A stretch of DNA of 64,000 nucleotides from positions 314,699 to 378,698 of the forward strand of contig CAJQIG010000002.1 in NCBI GenBank assembly GCA_905478415.1. Direction: 5' to 3'. The stretch is from an uncultured Patescibacteria group bacterium. GTDB taxonomy: Bacteria; Patescibacteriota; Microgenomatia; UBA1400; PJMF01. Position 1 is the stretch's first letter. The number at the start of each line of letters is the position of its first letter. Shown piece by piece: positions 9,471 to 17,766 of the stretch. The notes beneath the pieces are model-generated. The model did no database searches and was not told where the DNA came from. It saw only the letters and a list, made by a program, of their open reading frames with translations. Made by a program: the position numbers and the translations under genes.

Positions 9471-9884
9471 ATGAAAAAAAGAAACAATGCAGGTTTTACC
9501 CTAGTCGAGTTACTAGTGGTTGCAACCATTCTGATTGTCTTAACCACGATTGGCTTGATGAGTTTCCGCAACGCTGGTCAAAATTCGCGCGATGGTAAAC
9601 GTAAGTCTGATATAGAGTCAGTCCGCCAAGCGTTGGTGTTGCAGCGATCAGATACTGGAACCTATCCATCGGGAGCCTATTCGGCAGTTGTATCTGCTTT
9701 GATTACCGCTGATTACCTGACTGCACCTGCTCCAACAGATCCAAAAAATACCAGTCCATTTACTTATACGTATAGTTTAGCTGGTTCTGATTTCTGCTTG
9801 TGTGCTAATCAAATGGAAAATTCTGCCAATGCTAACGCTAATACTTGTGGACCAGCTGGTTCATATTGTGTAGAAAATCCGTAA
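9471..9884 (+). CDS. prepilin-type minor pilin
   Basis: MKKRNNAG|FTLVELLVVATIL leader. Confidence 0.7.
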   Translation: MKKRNNAGFTLVELLVVATILIVLTTIGLMSFRNAGQNSRDGKRKSDIESVRQALVLQRSDTGTYPSGAYSAVVSALITADYLTAPAPTDPKNTSPFTYTYSLAGSDFCLCANQMENSANANANTCGPAGSYCVENP

Positions 9885-9921
9885 ACGACTTGTTTTGTAC
9901 GAGATGCCTGAAAGCTGCCCT

Positions 9922-10449
9922 ATGAGAGTATCAACACTGAGACAAAAAGGTTTCACTTTAATCGAGATGATTATAACGGTCTCGATTATGTTGGTGATTT
10001 TAGGTGGATCCATAGCTGCTTTTATTAACTTTAACGATAAACAAGTGGTCCAAGCTACAGCTAGCGAAGTTAAACAGGTGCTCAAGTCCGCCCGGACGAA
10101 AGCTCGAGTTAGGGACAATACTGATCAGGCTGGCGGATGTGTGCTTCAGGGATATAAAGTTGAGACAAATGGTTCGAGCATTGAGACAAAGCTGCTGTGT
10201 GGTCCGGGTAAGTTCTCAATTACGGAGGGTCAAAATAGGGATACCTACCAAGTTCCTACCGGAATAACAGTGACGGCTATGGATATTTCTTTTTATACGC
10301 TTCTTGGTTCTGCAGAAGTGACTGTGCCAGCTGATAATATCATTCGTATTAATGGTGGAAGTAAATATTATCGTTTTGAAATTCAAGGGACAGGAGAAAT
10401 TTCTGAGGGCTGTTTTGTAAATGGCCCAGCAAGTGATACATGCCTATGA
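9922..10449 (+). CDS. prepilin-type minor pilin
   Basis: MRVSTLRQKG|FTLIEMIITVSIM leader. Ends with TGA, overlapping the next gene. Confidence 0.65.
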   Translation: MRVSTLRQKGFTLIEMIITVSIMLVILGGSIAAFINFNDKQVVQATASEVKQVLKSARTKARVRDNTDQAGGCVLQGYKVETNGSSIETKLLCGPGKFSITEGQNRDTYQVPTGITVTAMDISFYTLLGSAEVTVPADNIIRINGGSKYYRFEIQGTGEISEGCFVNGPASDTCL

Positions 10450-10931
10450 AAAAGCTAGTGACTACTCTTCTGAAGAAGTGCCAAAAACAACGTGGATCCA
10501 CGCTGATTGAGTTGTTGATAGCCACTATGGTTGTGGGGACGGTGATCACCGCGGTAGCCGCTGGAGTGACTCGTTCTGTCAAGAATAACAGTGAGGCCCA
10601 ATACCGAGAAATTGCAACGGTTTTGGCCCAACAAGGAGTTGAAATGTTTAGAAGTGAACGAAATAATTTAGGATGGGTTACGTTTCATAATGATATCGTG
10701 GCGGGGACCTACTGTATTCCAGCTGGAGCCGATGAGTTAGGTGATTTATCGACAGATTTGGTTAACTGTGCGGTTACTGAATCTAATTTTGATTTTAACA
10801 GGCAAGTAGTCTTGACTAAAACTAGTGGTGCAGACCCTGGCGTGACGTTAGAAGTGACCGTGCAGTGGGATCGAAGATCTGGTTCTATGAGTGATGTCAA
10901 AGTGACGCAGACGTTCAAGGATTACGAATAA
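10446..10931 (+). CDS. prepilin-type minor pilin (G|S variant)
   Basis: MKKLVTTLLKKCQKQRG|STLIELLIATMVVG with E+5 conserved. Confidence 0.55.
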   Translation: MKKLVTTLLKKCQKQRGSTLIELLIATMVVGTVITAVAAGVTRSVKNNSEAQYREIATVLAQQGVEMFRSERNNLGWVTFHNDIVAGTYCIPAGADELGDLSTDLVNCAVTESNFDFNRQVVLTKTSGADPGVTLEVTVQWDRRSGSMSDVKVTQTFKDYE

Positions 10932-10942
10932 TTTTTTTGAAG

Positions 10943-11491
10943 TTAATTTCTAAGTGAGACAATTGTGGAGAAATGTTGTGTTGATTCTTCGGCCGAAGTA
11001 TTGTTGACCGATGGAATAACTTTATTTAAATCAAAGTCAATTTTTACAGAACGACCTCCACTAACTGATTCTGTGCAACTAAATTGTAGGTTTTCTGCTT
11101 CTACTTCATCTGAGGTAATGTACATACCACTATTAGAAGCGATTTTAGTGCTCGTGCCATTTAATTCGAGAAAGAACTCCGTTTGTCCTCCATCGAGAGA
11201 TTCGAGTTTGATTTTATCCATGCTTGCTTGGCAGATTTGTGTGTCAGAATTTTCAACAACTTGATATGAATTCCTAAGTAAGAATTCCATCTGAGAGAGT
11301 GCGTACGACCCTTCGATTTTGAGGGTATTTTTAGTGTTAGTGCGGGCATTTGTGACCAAGAAGGTCATGAACATAGCTGAAACAGTCAGACTGAGGATGA
11401 CCATCAGGCTAGTGACAATCATCAGCTCAATCAGGGTAAAACCCTGGTTTTTAGCAGTTTTAAGAGTTCTTGAAGCATTGTTTAGAGGCAT
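10943..11491 (-). CDS. prepilin-type minor pilin (convergent with the previous four)
   Basis: MPLNNASRTLKTAKNQG|FTLIELMIVTSLMV leader. The ORF extends to a TTG at 11527; ATG 11491 preferred. It directly follows the NDT-RHH gene at 11530..12114 on the same strand. Confidence 0.6.
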   Translation of the reverse strand: MPLNNASRTLKTAKNQGFTLIELMIVTSLMVILSLTVSAMFMTFLVTNARTNTKNTLKIEGSYALSQMEFLLRNSYQVVENSDTQICQASMDKIKLESLDGGQTEFFLELNGTSTKIASNSGMYITSDEVEAENLQFSCTESVSGGRSVKIDFDLNKVIPSVNNTSAEESTQHFSTIVSLRN

Positions 11492-11529
11492 AGAGGCACC
11501 ATTTGTTACTTGTGTATCTATCTGCAATT

Positions 11530-12114
11530 CTACTCTATTTTGAAACGTGATTCTAGGTGGGTGTTTTTTTGTTGAATAGCTTCATCAATGAGATCTCGGA
11601 TGAGAGTGGATTTAGGCTTTTTTTGCTGGTGTGAGAGTTCCTCCAGAAAATGATTCTGTTTTGCTGTTATAAAAAAATTGAAACGCATGTTTAACTGTTC
11701 TTTTGAAAAAGCGAGAGCTTCTTTAACCATGTATTCTAAGTTGTCATTGTTATATTCAATTATTTGAATTAATTCATCATCAATGCCTCTAAATACAAAT
11801 GGAATTGATGTTTTATTTTCTTCCATCAAGATAATTACTGGTTTCTTCATTGCCATTGCGAATGAGAGTTCATAACCTGCATTAATATCACTCTCTGTGA
11901 TTTCATAGATGATTACATCAGCTTTTTTCATCCATGTAACAAATTTCTTTCTAAATTTTATTGATTCTTTAACTGATTCATTTTTTATTTCATTAATAGT
12001 TCTATTTAAATAATGATTAGTAATTAACTTGTGATCTGACGTAGATATACTATTGATAATTTTTTTATAGTTTTCAATATTACCATTTACTACTGCTGCG
12101 AAGTGAACAAACAT
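11530..12114 (-). CDS. NDT-like (nucleoside 2-deoxyribosyltransferase-fold) domain fused to a C-terminal ribbon-helix-helix DNA-binding domain (paralog A)
   Basis: N-terminus KKADVIIYEITESDINAGYELSFAMAMKKPVIIL resembles the NDT/DNPH1 family (...D.GT.fElGyA...gKPV) with the catalytic Glu aligned in GYEL. C-terminus MRFNFFITAKQNHFLEELSHQQKKPKSTLIRDLIDEAI has an RHH/CopG-like beta-alpha-alpha pattern. The gene is AT-rich. Confidence 0.5.
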   Translation of the reverse strand: MFVHFAAVVNGNIENYKKIINSISTSDHKLITNHYLNRTINEIKNESVKESIKFRKKFVTWMKKADVIIYEITESDINAGYELSFAMAMKKPVIILMEENKTSIPFVFRGIDDELIQIIEYNNDNLEYMVKEALAFSKEQLNMRFNFFITAKQNHFLEELSHQQKKPKSTLIRDLIDEAIQQKNTHLESRFKIE

Positions 12115-12177
12115 GATTATTTCAATATAATTAATTAAATATAGCGCATTATAAGACTATTTTGAGAAACTATAAAT

Positions 12178-12213
12178 GTGTAATTTTCACACCTTGATTA
12201 TAAGTGGTATAAT
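12178..12213 (+). promoter_or_regulatory. divergent promoter/operator region: imperfect palindrome GTGTAATTTTCACAC adjoining an extended -10 (TGgTATAAT) for the PNP-like gene
   Basis: Palindrome at 12178-12192 and TGGTATAAT at 12205-12213. A TATAAT on the opposite strand at 12148-12153 serves paralog A. Confidence 0.35.
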
Positions 12214-12286
12214 AGCATGCCTCTAGTTTGTAAAATTATGAGCTATAAATTATTAATAAGACTTGGTGTTAGAAGTATCTTTGTAT

Positions 12287-13339
12287 ATGAATCTGGAAAT
12301 TGAAAAAATTCTTCACAGAAAAAGGAACAAACCTTTTGTAATTACTAACTTGACGATGCACAGTATGGATGCGTCAGTGTTTGAGTATATAGAAATGAAG
12401 ATGCACCAAAAACTGAGAATGGACGTGAGTGGCTACAAAGAAGTTGTAGTTGTGGGAATGTATGACCGTTCGTGTGAAATTTCAGACCATGAGAAAACCG
12501 GTAAGTTAACAAACTGGCAACGTCCAACGGTAGAAGTGGTTGATGATGTGCTCATTCTCAAGTGCTTTCCTGGAAAAGACTATGTTGCTCACTATGCTTC
12601 TCTGGTAGCATCGTATTTTGCTCTCAAAGGACTTCCTTTCGATAACGTTAGTTTTGTGATTCCAACAGAACAAGAGTGTTGGGATGCAGTCTATGCTCTG
12701 CCATTAGATGTCATTGAAAAATCGGATGCTATTGTTGTAGGTTCTGGTTTATTCAACATTGCTGGTGAAACTGTCTTATGGCAAGGGAATGATGAGTTTT
12801 TGTGGGCATCAGAAGTGTTAGAGAATGGTAAGAAAATTTCGTATGCTATTTTTCAGTTTAGTTTTTGGGGAGATATTCTTTACAGAATCATTCATGTACT
12901 TGCAGAGCTTGGACACACCCAAGCAATTTTTACAGCTAAGATTGGTGGCATTGACGATCAGATTATTCCAAATGATACGCTTGCAACCGGAAGCTTGACT
13001 TCTATTAATGGAGAAATAGTCAAGTGGGATAATATTTTTGAAGCAGTACAATCAGAAAAATTACTGGTTGGAACTCACGTTAATTCGCATTCGGTGTTGC
13101 TTGAAACAAAAGACTGGGTTCGCTTATTCTCCACTTTCACCTTTGTTGATTCGGAAGTTGGGTACTTTGCAAAAGCTGCCAAAGAAGCAGACTTAGCTTT
13201 TGGATACCTTCACTTTGTTTCAAACAACTTATCAAAAATATTTAGTGAGGATTTGTCAAATGAAAGATCTGAAGTAGTTATCAAAAAAAGAAGTGTCCTC
13301 AATAGTGAAATTGGAAAGATTATAAAGAAGACGATATAA
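12287..13339 (+). CDS. PNP/UDP phosphorylase-family (nucleoside phosphorylase / nucleosidase fold) protein with an N-terminal extension of about 55 aa
   Basis: Aligns to MTA/SAH nucleosidase (Pfs): [32 protein letters not shown] ~ [39 protein letters not shown] ~ [16 protein letters not shown]...[31 protein letters not shown] ~ GLIVSGDAFING...[31 protein letters not shown]. The second Glu is conserved; the catalytic Asp position reads Asn. The ORF could start at TTG 12263. Confidence 0.5.
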   Translation: [350 protein letters not shown]

Positions 13340-13354
13340 GGGAACTAGAACAAT

Positions 13355-13918
13355 ATGAAAATTCACTTTGGCGCAGCCGTAGATGGCGATAAAAAAGATT
13401 ACCAAAAAATTTATGAAGTTATTGAAAAACTAGGTCATAGTGTAGTTACTGATCATTATTTAACAAGGAAAATAGAAGACATCAATAACGAAACCCCATC
13501 GGAAGCAGAGCTCTATGCAAAACGTTCGATGAGATGGATAAAAAACGCTGATGTAGTCTTGTTTGAAACTACTAAAGCTGATGTGAGTGTTGGATACGAG
13601 TTAGCAGTTGCAGTCAATCTGCATAAACCTGTGGTGGTTATGTATCACAACGAAAAAGGTCGTGCTCCAAACAGTATTAAAGGTGTCGAGTCCGAAAAAC
13701 TTCAAATTACTGGATATGATGATGAAACACTTGCAGAAATTTTAGATATCTCTCTCGAGAATGCGCATGATTCATCTGATGTTCGTTTTAATTTTTTCAT
13801 TTCTCCTGCTATTGGAAACTACCTCGATTGGATTGCCAAAAACAAAAAGATTCCTCGATCGGTATATCTGAGAACTTTAATTCAGAATGATATGGAAGCA
13901 AACGAAGAGTATCGATAG
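13355..13918 (+). CDS. NDT-like domain fused to a C-terminal ribbon-helix-helix domain (paralog B)
   Basis: About 40% identical to paralog A along the whole length: HFGAAVDG, KNADVVLFETTKADVSVGYELAVAVNLHKPVVVM, VRFNFFISPAIGNYLDWIAKNKKIPRSVYLRTLI. RBS AAGGGAA. Confidence 0.5.
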   Translation: MKIHFGAAVDGDKKDYQKIYEVIEKLGHSVVTDHYLTRKIEDINNETPSEAELYAKRSMRWIKNADVVLFETTKADVSVGYELAVAVNLHKPVVVMYHNEKGRAPNSIKGVESEKLQITGYDDETLAEILDISLENAHDSSDVRFNFFISPAIGNYLDWIAKNKKIPRSVYLRTLIQNDMEANEEYR

Positions 13919-13991
13919 CTCAAAAGCTCTCTTTTCCAAACCCTTTTTATCTTCTCTCCCCTCTTGCTTCGTGCCATAGTTTTACTGTACT

Positions 13992-14792
13992 ATGGAGCAT
14001 AGAGTTATGCTAAAAAAAACTTATACTTCTCAATCAGGACAAGTAGCCGTTATTGTCTTGCTAATCATGGTCGTGTTATTGACCATTGGTTTATCACTAG
14101 CGACACGGACTACCCAAGAACTTTTTCTTTCTGACCAACAGGCAGAAAGTTCTCGTGTCTTTAATGCCGCGGAGTCTGGTATCGAGAAGGCTCTAAGCGA
14201 CGTGCAAGTTGGCACGGGAAATCTCTCCGTGGACAACGTTGATGTAGCCTACTCTGTTCAGGGCAGTAGTGTATTGGAAACTCGAGTTACGGAAGGCATG
14301 AGTGTGCATCTTGATTTAACTGGTTACACTGGTGATGTCACGTTCGAATGGGCAGAAGAAGGATCTTGTGGATCCAGAGCTTCATTAATTGCCGTTATTT
14401 ATTACGATGATGCTGGAGAAATTAAATCTAAAAGTGTGCCGTTTGGCCCTGCCTGTGACAGTCGTCTAGACAACTTTGCAGATGGCCTCTTGTTAGGAGG
14501 CTCTCCTTATTATCATCGATACACACTTTCGACCACGTATCCAGACACACAAGTCAACCATATTCCAGCAAATACTCTTTTCATGAGAGTTAAGCCTGTC
14601 TACGCAGATACCGATTTGTTAATTAGTGGTGGCATCAGTTTCCCAACCCAACACCACACGATTAGTTCGACAGCTACCTACACTGGTGGGAATGAAGAGC
14701 GAAGTATCGAAGTATCACGAACGTTACCTGCTGGACCATCGTATATGGATTATGCCTTGTATTCAGGAGGAGCAATAACCCAGAATCCATAA
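13992..14792 (+). CDS. PilX-like pilus assembly protein (PilX N-terminal domain)
   Basis: N-terminus QSGQVAVIVLLIMVVLLTIGLSLATRTTQELFLSDQQAESSRVFNAAESGIEKAL matches the PilX_N pattern (Q.G.AL.v.L..l.vl...G......T......S.....A...AEAG.E.A). Sits upstream of pilMNO. Confidence 0.5.
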   Translation: MEHRVMLKKTYTSQSGQVAVIVLLIMVVLLTIGLSLATRTTQELFLSDQQAESSRVFNAAESGIEKALSDVQVGTGNLSVDNVDVAYSVQGSSVLETRVTEGMSVHLDLTGYTGDVTFEWAEEGSCGSRASLIAVIYYDDAGEIKSKSVPFGPACDSRLDNFADGLLLGGSPYYHRYTLSTTYPDTQVNHIPANTLFMRVKPVYADTDLLISGGISFPTQHHTISSTATYTGGNEERSIEVSRTLPAGPSYMDYALYSGGAITQNP

Positions 14793-14837
14793 ACTTGTAA
14801 CAATAGAGCAAATATAAAGAGTAAGAAAGCCTGCCCA

Positions 14838-15845
14838 ATGTCTACACTCGCACTTGATATCGGAACATATAGTATAAAAGCTGTCGCTGGAAAAGCTGGT
14901 CCAAAGCCAACTATTGAGCGTGTGGCCGAAGTTTTCAATACGGCTGGTATTGCTGTTCCAACTGACGATGTCAGCCAAGATAAGCTCATCAACCTTTTAG
15001 AATCAGTCATTGTAGATAACGATCTGCCTCGTACTGATGTTCGGCTCTCTCTGCCAGAATCTGTAATCTCAACAAAAGTAATCGAAATTCCTCCGCTCAG
15101 TGACGCCGAGTTAGCTTCTGCCATTGGCTGGCAAGCTGAACAACATATCCCTATTCCACCAGAGGAACTAGCTTTGGAATACCAAGTTCTCTATCGTCCA
15201 CCTAAAAAGGAAAAAAAGCCAATGCGGATCCTTTTAGTTGGTGCCAGAAAACAAGTTATTGATCGATATGTAGATATGTTCCATGTACTGGGTATCGAGC
15301 CATCATTACTTGAAACTCAAATTATTTCGGTCATGAGATCTCTGGTTTTTACCCCCGAGGATCCCAACACTATGGTTGTACATATTGGAGCTTCAAACAT
15401 GAATATGGGGCTTGTCAAAGGCGGTGAACTGCAGTTTGTGACTACACATATGAATGGTGGCCAGTTACTCACTAAAGCCTTAGAGCAAGGCGTGGGTCTT
15501 GATCAAACACAAGCTGAAAAATATAAGCGCACTTACGGTTTGGATGAATCACAATTCCAAGGTAAAGTGCAGGCTGCCTTATTACCAGCACTTAAAGTGC
15601 TCGTAACTGAAGTAAAGAAATCAGTTCAGTTTTTCGTGACAAAGTATCCACAAGAATCAGTACAAAGGATTGTGCTTTCTGGAGGAACGGCAACGCTTCC
15701 TCATTTAGTACAGTACATCACGCAGGAACTGGGAACCGAAGTTTTAGTTGCAGCTCCTTTTACTGGCGTGAATGGTCAAATTCCCGAAACTATTAATCAA
15801 CCAGCCATGAGTGTTTGTATGGGACTCATGCTCAGAGAAGTATAA
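14838..15845 (+). CDS. pilM: type IV pilus assembly protein PilM (actin-like ATPase)
   Basis: N-terminus LALDIGTYSIKAV. 335 aa with the FtsA/PilM fold pattern, followed by pilN and pilO. Confidence 0.85.
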   Translation: MSTLALDIGTYSIKAVAGKAGPKPTIERVAEVFNTAGIAVPTDDVSQDKLINLLESVIVDNDLPRTDVRLSLPESVISTKVIEIPPLSDAELASAIGWQAEQHIPIPPEELALEYQVLYRPPKKEKKPMRILLVGARKQVIDRYVDMFHVLGIEPSLLETQIISVMRSLVFTPEDPNTMVVHIGASNMNMGLVKGGELQFVTTHMNGGQLLTKALEQGVGLDQTQAEKYKRTYGLDESQFQGKVQAALLPALKVLVTEVKKSVQFFVTKYPQESVQRIVLSGGTATLPHLVQYITQELGTEVLVAAPFTGVNGQIPETINQPAMSVCMGLMLREV

Positions 15846-15849
15846 TTGT

Positions 15850-16482
15850 ATGGCTCGATCTATTAACTTTGTTGCCAACCGTAGAAAGCGTCTCACCTCA
15901 CAACAAAAACAGGATGAGAAGTTGTTTGGGTACTCTGTTATTGGCATTATTCTTGTCTTTGTTTTTTTCTTAATTGCAATTGGTATTAGATTCTTTGCTG
16001 TTTTTCAGGTTAAGGCTATGGAGGAACAGCAGGCAAATACTAGAAAAGCTATTCAGGCTCAAGAAAGTGTCGAGAAAGAATATAATATTTTTGCCCATAA
16101 GCTCCGAGCCTTATCCGACCTATTTGGAAAACGACAAAATAAACAGGAAGCTTTAGTTTATTTTTCTCAGGTTTTTGGACCACAGATTATTATTAGCGAA
16201 ATTGACTACTCGGCAGCAGAAGATGATATTGTTTCTTTCACTCTCACTGCTCCAAGTATTTTTGACCTGGAAAATGTTTTTACTATTTTAGACTCTGATG
16301 ATGTTAGTGAAAAATATGCCAAAATTGAACGAAGTAGCCTCGGCAGAGGTGATTCTGGCTCGTACTCAATTAAGTTAACCATTGTTTTGGGTGAATCAAC
16401 TGTTTTGGAGGAAGCAGCTGCGGCTCTCCCAGAAGAAGATTCAGTACAAGAAGCATTTGGTAAGGCACTACTGAATAATTAA
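15850..16482 (+). CDS. pilN: PilN-like bitopic pilus assembly protein
   Basis: Single TM (VIGIILVFVFFLIAIGIRFF) then a coiled coil. Positioned after pilM. Confidence 0.65.
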   Translation: MARSINFVANRRKRLTSQQKQDEKLFGYSVIGIILVFVFFLIAIGIRFFAVFQVKAMEEQQANTRKAIQAQESVEKEYNIFAHKLRALSDLFGKRQNKQEALVYFSQVFGPQIIISEIDYSAAEDDIVSFTLTAPSIFDLENVFTILDSDDVSEKYAKIERSSLGRGDSGSYSIKLTIVLGESTVLEEAAAALPEEDSVQEAFGKALLNN

Positions 16483-16485
16483 ATT

Positions 16486-17439
16486 ATGGCAAGCACACGA
16501 AAAAAACAGTTTAACTATAAAATCATTTGGATTACACGCCGAAAGTTGGTGTACTCTGTTGGCTTGGTTGCCTTGGCAATTTTACTCTTAGTATTTGCCT
16601 TTTATCCTCAAGTAAAAGAATCACTGGCTCTACAAAGTAAGTACAAAAAGGAACAGCCAAAGCTTCAAAAATTGCAAGCCAAGCTTACTGACTTACAAAC
16701 TATTGATTCTACCACTGAGTATGCACAAGCAGATGTGGTCCGGGCGGCGCTGCCATCAAACAAACCATTACTAGAGTTTTTAACCAGTTTAAATAGTATT
16801 GCCGTGGCCAGTAACATTGCTGTTAAAGATTTTGCTCTTTCACCAGGCTCAATTGCAACTGATAGCGCCGAGGCCGCAACAAATAAAAAATCCAAAAATG
16901 CAGATAATGTTGACACGTTAGATCTTGAAATTGAGATTGAGGGCACTTTCGATCAACTGCAGCAATTTCTGCTTGATATCGAAAAAATCTCACCATTTAC
17001 GACTATTACGCAACTTTCACTCGGTAAAGGGACTTCGGCAGCTGATAGAAGTACTGATCGAATAATTGGTGCAAAGCTGAGTACCAGTACCTACTTCTTC
17101 ACCCAGTCCATTAAGGCTACTGTTGATGCTCCACTCCCAAAGTTGACAGCTACTGATCGCAATGTTCTTACTGCCTTGAGTGATTTTCAAGAGTACGATT
17201 TGCCAGAACAAACAGAAATCTTGGGAGGCGTTGCTGACCCATTTGGCATTAACAAACTAGAAATACTGAACCAGTTTGGTGACTCATTGTCTCCGCTTCC
17301 TCAAAGTAGTGGCCCTTCTCTGCTCCAAACTCGGTTAGAGACACCGCCAGACGATGCAACTGCGGTTACGCCAGATACGGCACCAGCACCTTCAGAACAG
17401 CAGGCAGACGAAGCTCCTCCAACATTTGCTACAGAGTAA
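16486..17439 (+). CDS. pilO: PilO-like bitopic pilus assembly protein with a low-complexity C-terminal tail
   Basis: TM (VYSVGLVALAILLLVFAF), a coiled coil, and a C-terminal P/A/T-rich tail. Confidence 0.6.
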   Translation: MASTRKKQFNYKIIWITRRKLVYSVGLVALAILLLVFAFYPQVKESLALQSKYKKEQPKLQKLQAKLTDLQTIDSTTEYAQADVVRAALPSNKPLLEFLTSLNSIAVASNIAVKDFALSPGSIATDSAEAATNKKSKNADNVDTLDLEIEIEGTFDQLQQFLLDIEKISPFTTITQLSLGKGTSAADRSTDRIIGAKLSTSTYFFTQSIKATVDAPLPKLTATDRNVLTALSDFQEYDLPEQTEILGGVADPFGINKLEILNQFGDSLSPLPQSSGPSLLQTRLETPPDDATAVTPDTAPAPSEQQADEAPPTFATE

Positions 17440-17465
17440 CGGCACGTGCGCCCCTATTTTTTGCT

Positions 17466-17500
17466 ACAAAAAAGGCCAGGCTGAAAGCCTGGCCTTCCTA
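17466..17500. terminator. bidirectional rho-independent terminator (serves the minus-strand KH/rpsP operon)
   Basis: AGGCCAGGC-TGAA-AGCCTGGCCT hairpin with an A6 run before it and T-rich sequence after on the minus strand. Confidence 0.7.
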
Positions 17501-17514
17501 GTAATTTCAATGTT

Positions 17515-17766
17515 TTAAGCGTTCTCTTCTTTATCACCATCATCGATGTTAATGTAGGCATGAATACCTTCTTTAACAGCTCTGATTTTACCAATATTGC
17601 GAATTGACTGGATAACTGAGCCACCTTTACCGATGACACGACCAATATCCTCTTGATTGACGTGAATGGTAAAGACCATTCCTCGGTCATCTTCAGATTC
17701 GACAACGTTTACATCTTCAGGATGTTGGACTAAATGAATAAGAATATACTCAATAAGATTTTTCAT
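17515..17766 (-). CDS. KH-domain RNA-binding protein (YlqC/UPF0109 family)
   Basis: GRVIGKGG KH motif. 83 aa. Lies downstream of rpsP as in many bacteria. Confidence 0.75.
   Translation of the reverse strand: MKNLIEYILIHLVQHPEDVNVVESEDDRGMVFTIHVNQEDIGRVIGKGGSVIQSIRNIGKIRAVKEGIHAYINIDDGDKEENA

Noticed and set aside
14750-15124. 124-aa minus-strand ORF overlapping the pilM start region
   Set aside because: It is antisense to pilM and the PilX-like gene end and has no features. pilM is strongly supported.
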